From sequence record SRR33789315_101: 33,769 nt of DNA, one strand, 5' to 3'. Each line of letters starts with the position of its first letter. Position 1 is the first letter of the stretch. This document shows positions 28,584 through 33,769 of this stretch, piece after piece. The translations under genes were made by a program, and so were the position numbers. Below the pieces are notes generated by a model that did not search any database, was not told the DNA's origin, and saw only the letters and a list, made by a program, of their open reading frames with translations.

Positions 28584-29315
28584 CTAAGAAAAATTAAGTG
28601 CATCAAACTCTAACAACTCATGCAATTTGACTAATTGTACATGTGGAAGTAAGAATATAGATTCTTCTTTTATTAGCATCGTACGATCATGCGCATACCA
28701 AGCACTTTGAAACCCCGCTCTAATGGCACCAAACACATCATTATGTAAACTATCACCTACATGTAAAACTCTATCTGAATCAATTCCTAAGGATTGCTTA
28801 CACGCTTCAAACATGGCTTGATGAGGTTTCATAGGCTGAGTCAAACTCGCTTTAAAAATATGGCTAAAATATTGCGCTAAGCCAATTTGTTCGAGGTTTA
28901 CATTACCGTTAGTAATTGCCACCAGCGGATATCGCTCCGCTAGCATTTTTAATAAAGAATGAATATTTTCTTCAACCTTAAAATTACTTCGGTGGTAGTA
29001 AAACCGTGCAAAACTATAATCAATTGCGGCTTGTAATTTAGCACCTGAAATTCCGATTGATTGGAACAATAAGGATAAGATCTGCTTACGTAATTCACCC
29101 ATATCATTTTTAAGTTGAGGGGCTTTATTAAGTGCGCTCTCTCGATACTTACGCCAGTCGCTTTTTTCAATATGCTGTGTACTAGGAAATGCGTGTCTTA
29201 AATCACTTAAAAATGCCACTTCAGCAATATGCATATGCAGATTATTATTGTAAAGAGTGTCATCTAAGTCGAAGGTGAGGGCTTGAAAAGGTTGAATTTT
29301 TCTATAGAAAATCAT
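28584..29315 (-). CDS. yigB: HAD-IA hydrolase (YigB-like)
   Basis: FDLDDTLY, AITNGN, KP and HVGDSLHNDVFGA motifs; position next to uvrD. Confidence 0.88.
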   Translation of the reverse strand: MIFYRKIQPFQALTFDLDDTLYNNNLHMHIAEVAFLSDLRHAFPSTQHIEKSDWRKYRESALNKAPQLKNDMGELRKQILSLLFQSIGISGAKLQAAIDYSFARFYYHRSNFKVEENIHSLLKMLAERYPLVAITNGNVNLEQIGLAQYFSHIFKASLTQPMKPHQAMFEACKQSLGIDSDRVLHVGDSLHNDVFGAIRAGFQSAWYAHDRTMLIKEESIFLLPHVQLVKLHELLEFDALNFS

Positions 29316-29430
29316 ATTAAAATATCAATTATTAGTATAAATTTTATTGCTATTTTCAATCCGCTTAGCAGTATAGAACAGTATGAAAAAGGCGCTTAAA
29401 TTAAGAAGGCAAATGCCTAATGAAGCCGCT

Positions 29431-30126
29431 TTATGCTTGGGTTAATTTAGGAAATAAAATGCTAAGAAACTGCTGCAGTTGGGTAATTAACAATGTATCC
29501 ATATCGGGATTAAAATGACTGGGATCTTTACTGCTCACCGCCAACAAACCCAGTTCGCCTAAATCACCAAGCAACAACAATGCAACCGAGTTAGCTTCTT
29601 GCTCAGGAAATAGCAACTTTTTTTCGTGTTCGCTTAGGCGTCCAAAAAAGAACTTATCGCGACGAAAGCGTTTCTCTAGAAATAAGCGACGTTGAATTTC
29701 TGGAAAAGCATGAGCCCCTAAAAAAGGCTTTATCACAACAGATTCAAGCTTCAAACGCTCTTGCATAACTTCTTCTAATACAAATTGCATTTCTTCCATG
29801 TTTTTAACGGCGAGTAAACGTAAGTTTAAATCGGCATAAACACGATAGATTTGCTCGTTTTGCCGAGCTATTGAAATAAGTTGACTCAATTTGTAATTAA
29901 GTAAGCGCACTTTTTTTCGCAGTTGTTCACTCTGTAATTCAACTAGTGAAACACTACCTTTATGTACATGGGGAATATCTAGCTCTTCTAACAGATGAGT
30001 GTGTTTGACAAAAAAATCGGGATGGGAAGATAAATAGTCAGCAATATCTGAAGCATGCAAAGTATCTTTATCGAAGTCAGTACTCAGTTTTAATTCACTT
30101 TTCTGCTGTCCCATCACATCACTCAT
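29431..30126 (-). CDS. yigA: DUF484 family protein
   Basis: [21 protein letters not shown] and HFNPDMDTL motifs; ATGA overlap with dapF. Confidence 0.9.
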   Translation of the reverse strand: MSDVMGQQKSELKLSTDFDKDTLHASDIADYLSSHPDFFVKHTHLLEELDIPHVHKGSVSLVELQSEQLRKKVRLLNYKLSQLISIARQNEQIYRVYADLNLRLLAVKNMEEMQFVLEEVMQERLKLESVVIKPFLGAHAFPEIQRRLFLEKRFRRDKFFFGRLSEHEKKLLFPEQEANSVALLLLGDLGELGLLAVSSKDPSHFNPDMDTLLITQLQQFLSILFPKLTQA

Positions 30127-30953
30127 AAATTAATTATTCCATCAAAAATATGTTCTGCCGCGCCGGTCATTTTCAACACCGCATCTTTGCCTGGCCATTT
30201 AATTCTTAAACTGCCACCAGGTAAATCAACTCTGACATCTTTACTTAGGCGGTTTTGTAATTGTCCTACCGCCACAGCAGCACAGGCACCACTGCCACAA
30301 GCCAAAGTTTCACCTGAGCCACGTTCGAATACTCGTAGTTTAACGTGACTAGGATTTATTATCTGCATAAATCCAACATTCACACCTTCAGGAAAACGTT
30401 CATGCCGTTCTAGTAATGGCCCTAGGGTTGCTACATCAGCTTGTTGAACATCGTCCACTAACAAAACACAGTGGGGATTTCCCATAGAAACCGCACCACA
30501 GAAAAATGTATGTTCTTCAGCACGAATAATATAGGTTTTTTCTTGTTTATTCGCTTTTAATGGAATGTGCACAGGATCAAAATTTGGCACGCCCATATTG
30601 ACCGTTACCATGCCATCTTTTTCAAGGTACAGCACCATACGTCCGGCTTTAGTGCTCACATTAATTTTATTACGGTTAGTTAAGCCCTTCATTTTAACAA
30701 AACGCGCAAAACATCTTGCACCATTACCGCATTGCGAAACCTCTGAGCCATCTGCATTAAAAATACGGTAATGAAAATCCTGTTCAGGATCATATGGGGG
30801 TTCAACGAGTAATAATTGATCAAAGCCAATGCCGAAGTTACGGTCAGCCAATTGCTGAATCTTCTCTTTCGAGAAAAATACGTTTTGGGTAACATTATCA
30901 ATAACAACGAAGTCGTTACCTAAACCATGCATTTTAGAAAATTGGATTTGCAT
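30123..30953 (-). CDS. dapF: Diaminopimelate epimerase
   Basis: [16 protein letters not shown] and [16 protein letters not shown] motifs. Confidence 0.98.
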   Translation of the reverse strand: MQIQFSKMHGLGNDFVVIDNVTQNVFFSKEKIQQLADRNFGIGFDQLLLVEPPYDPEQDFHYRIFNADGSEVSQCGNGARCFARFVKMKGLTNRNKINVSTKAGRMVLYLEKDGMVTVNMGVPNFDPVHIPLKANKQEKTYIIRAEEHTFFCGAVSMGNPHCVLLVDDVQQADVATLGPLLERHERFPEGVNVGFMQIINPSHVKLRVFERGSGETLACGSGACAAVAVGQLQNRLSKDVRVDLPGGSLRIKWPGKDAVLKMTGAAEHIFDGIINL

Positions 30954-31073
30954 TTTTACTACTTAACTAAATTCGAACTCTATACTTCTCGTATTTAAGA
31001 AGTTAGATAACATGAACAATTTATATCATTTCACTGAATAGCTGACTATGTCTTTAATCAGTAAGATCAAAAT

Positions 31074-31104
31074 ATTCGCTATAAATCTTGAATTTATAGC
31101 GAAT
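31074..31104 (-). terminator. 13-bp hairpin downstream of lysA (terminator or stability element)
   Basis: ATTCGCTATAAAT-N5-ATTTATAGCGAAT, followed by ATTTT on the minus strand. Confidence 0.55.
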
Positions 31105-31114
31105 TAAGCGATTT

Positions 31115-32365
31115 TTATGCGAGAAGATATTCACCGGCAAACAATTGCTCAATTGTTTCTCGCTCACGGACTATATAGCTGTTTTTACCATCAACCATAA
31201 TTTCAGCAGCTCTACACCGGCTGTTATAGTTTGACGCCATCACAAAACCATAGGCCCCCGCACTTCTCACCGCCAAGTAATCGCCAGCGGTAATCGAAAG
31301 TTCGCGTTCTTTACCTAAAAAATCACTCGTTTCACACACTGGCCCAACTACATCATACACTGCCGATTTTTTAGAACTGTTGTTGAACAATGGGATGATA
31401 TCTTGCCAAGCAGAATAGAGTGCTGGGCGAATCAAATCATTCATTGCTGCATCGACAATCGCAAAATTTTTCTCAGCACCCTGTTTGATAAATTCAACTT
31501 TAGTCAATAATACACCGGCATTGGCTACAATAGCTCGTCCTGGCTCAAAGATTAGCTGCAATGCTTCACGCCCTTGCATACGCTGAGCGATGGCCTGCGC
31601 ATATTGGTCTGGATGAGGGGGTTTTTCACTTTTATATGTCACGCCAAGGCCACCGCCAATATCTAAATGGGCAATTTTTATATCGATAGCAGCTAACTCA
31701 TCAATCAGACTAAGCATAATATCTAAGGCATCCACAAATGGTGTGAGATCGGTTAACTGCGAGCCAATATGGCAGTCCATACCGACTATTTGTAGATGGC
31801 TAAGAGTGGCGGCATATTGATATACAGCGACTGCCTGCTGTCGTTCAACACCAAATTTATTGTCTTTCAGACCAGTAGAAATATAAGGATGTGTTTTAGC
31901 ATCAACATCAGGGTTCACACGCAAAGAAATGGGAGCAATTTTCCCCATACTGGCAGCAACCTGATTAATTCTGTCAAGCTCAGGTAAAGATTCAACGTTA
32001 AAGCATTTAATGTTGTGCTTAAGTGCTAAGGCAATTTCCGCTGCTGTTTTGCCGACTCCGGAAAAAACCACCTTTGCCGCATCGCCGCCAGCCTTTAAGA
32101 CTCGAGTTAATTCTCCACCTGATACTATATCAAAACCTGAACCTAACTTAGCCAATACGTTTAATACAGCCAAATTGGAATTAGCTTTAACAGCATAACA
32201 AACCAAATGAGGATGCGCTCCAGCCGCTTTATCAAACGCTAGCCAATGACGTTCAATAGTCGCTTTAGAATATACATAACACGGCGTGCCAAATTTTTGC
32301 GCGATGTCACTAAGTTGGGCGTCTTCGGCAAAAAGTTGCTGATCTTTATAGGTAAAATGATCCAT
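31115..32365 (-). CDS. lysA: Diaminopimelate decarboxylase
   Basis: YAVKANSN, HPYISTG, HIGSQ, EPGR and GPVCET motifs. The likely start is MDHF at 32365, 1 nt after the lptM stop. Confidence 0.97.
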   Translation of the reverse strand: MDHFTYKDQQLFAEDAQLSDIAQKFGTPCYVYSKATIERHWLAFDKAAGAHPHLVCYAVKANSNLAVLNVLAKLGSGFDIVSGGELTRVLKAGGDAAKVVFSGVGKTAAEIALALKHNIKCFNVESLPELDRINQVAASMGKIAPISLRVNPDVDAKTHPYISTGLKDNKFGVERQQAVAVYQYAATLSHLQIVGMDCHIGSQLTDLTPFVDALDIMLSLIDELAAIDIKIAHLDIGGGLGVTYKSEKPPHPDQYAQAIAQRMQGREALQLIFEPGRAIVANAGVLLTKVEFIKQGAEKNFAIVDAAMNDLIRPALYSAWQDIIPLFNNSSKKSAVYDVVGPVCETSDFLGKERELSITAGDYLAVRSAGAYGFVMASNYNSRCRAAEIMVDGKNSYIVRERETIEQLFAGEYLLA

Positions 32366-32366
32366 C

Positions 32367-32519
32367 TCAACGGAGTTCCTGTTGGTTAGGTTGGGGCACT
32401 GACTCACTATTATTACTTGAAGGGTCTTCAGGTAAGTATAAAGGCCCTTTTTGCCCACATGCACTGAGGCTTAATAAGCTAACAATGAGTAAAATAAGTA
32501 ACTTACAATTTTTTGGCAT
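32367..32519 (-). CDS. lptM: Small lipoprotein LptM/YifL (not in the ORF track)
   Basis: Hand translation: MPKNCKLLILLIVSLLSLSACGQKGPLYLPEDPSS..., with lipobox LSAC and signature CGQKGPLYLP. An alternative in-frame ATG lies at 32534. Confidence 0.92.
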   Translation of the reverse strand: MPKNCKLLILLIVSLLSLSACGQKGPLYLPEDPSSNNSESVPQPNQQELR

Positions 32520-32817
32520 TAATATAGCAATCATATAAACAAGGTATGACTAATGATGTCATTTGCTAGGCAAAAAACAAAGCGCGATCATGCGATTAGT
32601 TAGTTATTTAATATAGAAATTATTATTCAAGTTTATTTTATGGGGTTTAACTTATACCACCTCGACATGAGTAGAGGGGACATAATAGCTGGGCAAAAGA
32701 TTACATTTGTAAAAATAGACTAATGCACAACTATCTCTCCATTATTTTCAAATTCTATGGCATTGCTTGTTGGGCCCAGTATACTGAGACTTGATGTTGC
32801 CATCTTAAGGAATTCAA

Positions 32818-33303
32818 ATGGAATACAATACCTCTGCGTTGTGTGATTTATTTGCTGACAGTGTAGACGTGGTAGAACCCATGTTTGTTAGCTTCGGCGG
32901 TCGCCCTTCATATGGTGGCATAGTTACCACAATAAAATGTTTTGAAGACAAAGGTTTAATACTTAAAACATTGTCTCATCCAGGCGTTGGCAAGGTACTG
33001 CTTATTGATGGAGGAGGCTCTATGCGCCGCGCTTTAATCGATGCCAGTACTGCCCAGTTGGCCTATGAAAATGGTTGGGAAGGAATTGTTTGTTATGGCA
33101 GTGTACGTGAAGTGGATGATCTTGAAGAAATTAATATCGGTATCCATGCCATTGCCTCGATTCCTGTCAGTGCTGATGATCAAGAAATTGGTGAAATAGA
33201 TATAGCCGTTAATTTTGGCGGCGTGACCTTTTTGCCAGAAGACCACATTTACGCTGACCGCACTGGTATTATATTATCACCTGAACCTTTAGATCTTGAC
33301 TAA
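32818..33303 (+). CDS. rraA: Regulator of RNase E activity RraA
   Basis: [34 protein letters not shown] and [10 protein letters not shown] motifs; RBS AAGGA. Confidence 0.95.
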   Translation: MEYNTSALCDLFADSVDVVEPMFVSFGGRPSYGGIVTTIKCFEDKGLILKTLSHPGVGKVLLIDGGGSMRRALIDASTAQLAYENGWEGIVCYGSVREVDDLEEINIGIHAIASIPVSADDQEIGEIDIAVNFGGVTFLPEDHIYADRTGIILSPEPLDLD

Positions 33304-33341
33304 TTGGCCTAAAGTTATTGTGAAACAATAAACTTAAATAC

Positions 33342-33372
33342 AAAAAAACGCCGCTAGTTAAGCGGCGTTTTT
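33342..33372. terminator. Bidirectional intrinsic terminator
   Basis: AAAAACGCCGCT-AGTTA-AGCGGCGTTTTT between convergent genes. Confidence 0.9.
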
Positions 33373-33399
33373 AATCTTTAACTCAATAGAATAGAACGT

Positions 33400-33768
33400 C
33401 TATTTAGCTACGAGTAATGAAACATTACCAATCCCTGCTTTTTTCACTTCATTGATAACTTCAGTTACCATTCCATGTTTTGCTTTTGGATGCGCTTGTA
33501 CAGCGGCGGAATCTTGGTTGTTTTCCGCTAAGAAACTTTGAATATTAGCTTCAACGCGTCGAATATCCACTTCACGTCCATTAACCACAATAGTACCGTC
33601 TTCATTAACGCGAATAGATAAGGACTTGGTAGTTTGTGGAGGTGGCGGCGTATTTGAATCTTTAGGACGGTTTATTTCTAAACCCCGCTCTTTAACAAAC
33701 GAAGTCGTTACGATAAAGAAGATAAGCATGATGAACACTATGTCCAACATGGGCGTCATATCAATTGC
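33400..33768 (-). CDS. exbD: Biopolymer transporter ExbD (5' end outside the window)
   Basis: AIDMTPMLDIVFIMLIFFIVTTSF TM signature; the frame stays open to the window edge. Confidence 0.9.
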   Translation of the reverse strand, partial: AIDMTPMLDIVFIMLIFFIVTTSFVKERGLEINRPKDSNTPPPPQTTKSLSIRVNEDGTIVVNGREVDIRRVEANIQSFLAENNQDSAAVQAHPKAKHGMVTEVINEVKKAGIGNVSLLVAK

Positions 33769-33769
33769 T

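Noticed and set aside
29316-29430. xerC pseudogene remnant
   Set aside because: No recognisable tyrosine-recombinase fragment (such as the terminal HPRA motif) was found by eye.
32366-32464. N-terminal extension of lysA in the ORF track
   Set aside because: The region encodes lptM in another frame, and LysA homology begins at MDHF (32365).
32626-32646. Sigma32-like boxes (CTTGAA and CCCCAT) on the minus strand
   Set aside because: The two boxes occur in the wrong order.
361-33246. Short ORF-track calls nested in or antisense to real genes (e.g. 361-558, 2959-3243, 10298-10621, 16573-16851, 18718-19065, 20753-21061, 28181-28561)
   Set aside because: They overlap well-supported genes and show no recognisable motifs, so they are shadow ORFs.

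Overview
AT-rich core-genome segment of a marine gammaproteobacterium; gene content and order suggest Alteromonadaceae (inference). I found no mobile element, CRISPR array, tRNA or rRNA. Genes in order: membrane-anchored RRM protein, DUF5610-like protein, trmA, divergent fabR and delta-9 desaturase, a small secreted protein, a REC-GGDEF-EAL regulator, a TIGR03899-like protein, cysJIH, PCu(A)C/DUF2333/beta-barrel triplet, a non-canonical phage-shock (Psp) locus, dusA, an M16 protease, pldA, rarD, a REC-REC-GGDEF cyclase, uvrD, yigB, yigA, dapF, lysA, lptM, rraA and a partial exbD. The most interesting region is 15988-18668, downstream of dusA where E. coli carries pspG. Two units each have a sigma54 promoter and paired PspF-like sites 21 bp apart. 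One encodes a 91-aa secreted protein plus a 50-aa membrane protein missed by the ORF track. The other encodes a divergent PspA, a truncated PspC and a PspG-like protein, with no pspB or pspF. A candidate sRNA lies between the two units. Other notable points: xerC is missing from the dapF-yigA-[xerC]-yigB-uvrD cluster, Pho boxes precede a secreted hypothetical protein, sigma28 promoters precede two uncharacterised genes, and a 12-bp direct repeat brackets the diguanylate cyclase. All family assignments come from recognising motifs by eye, not from database searches.
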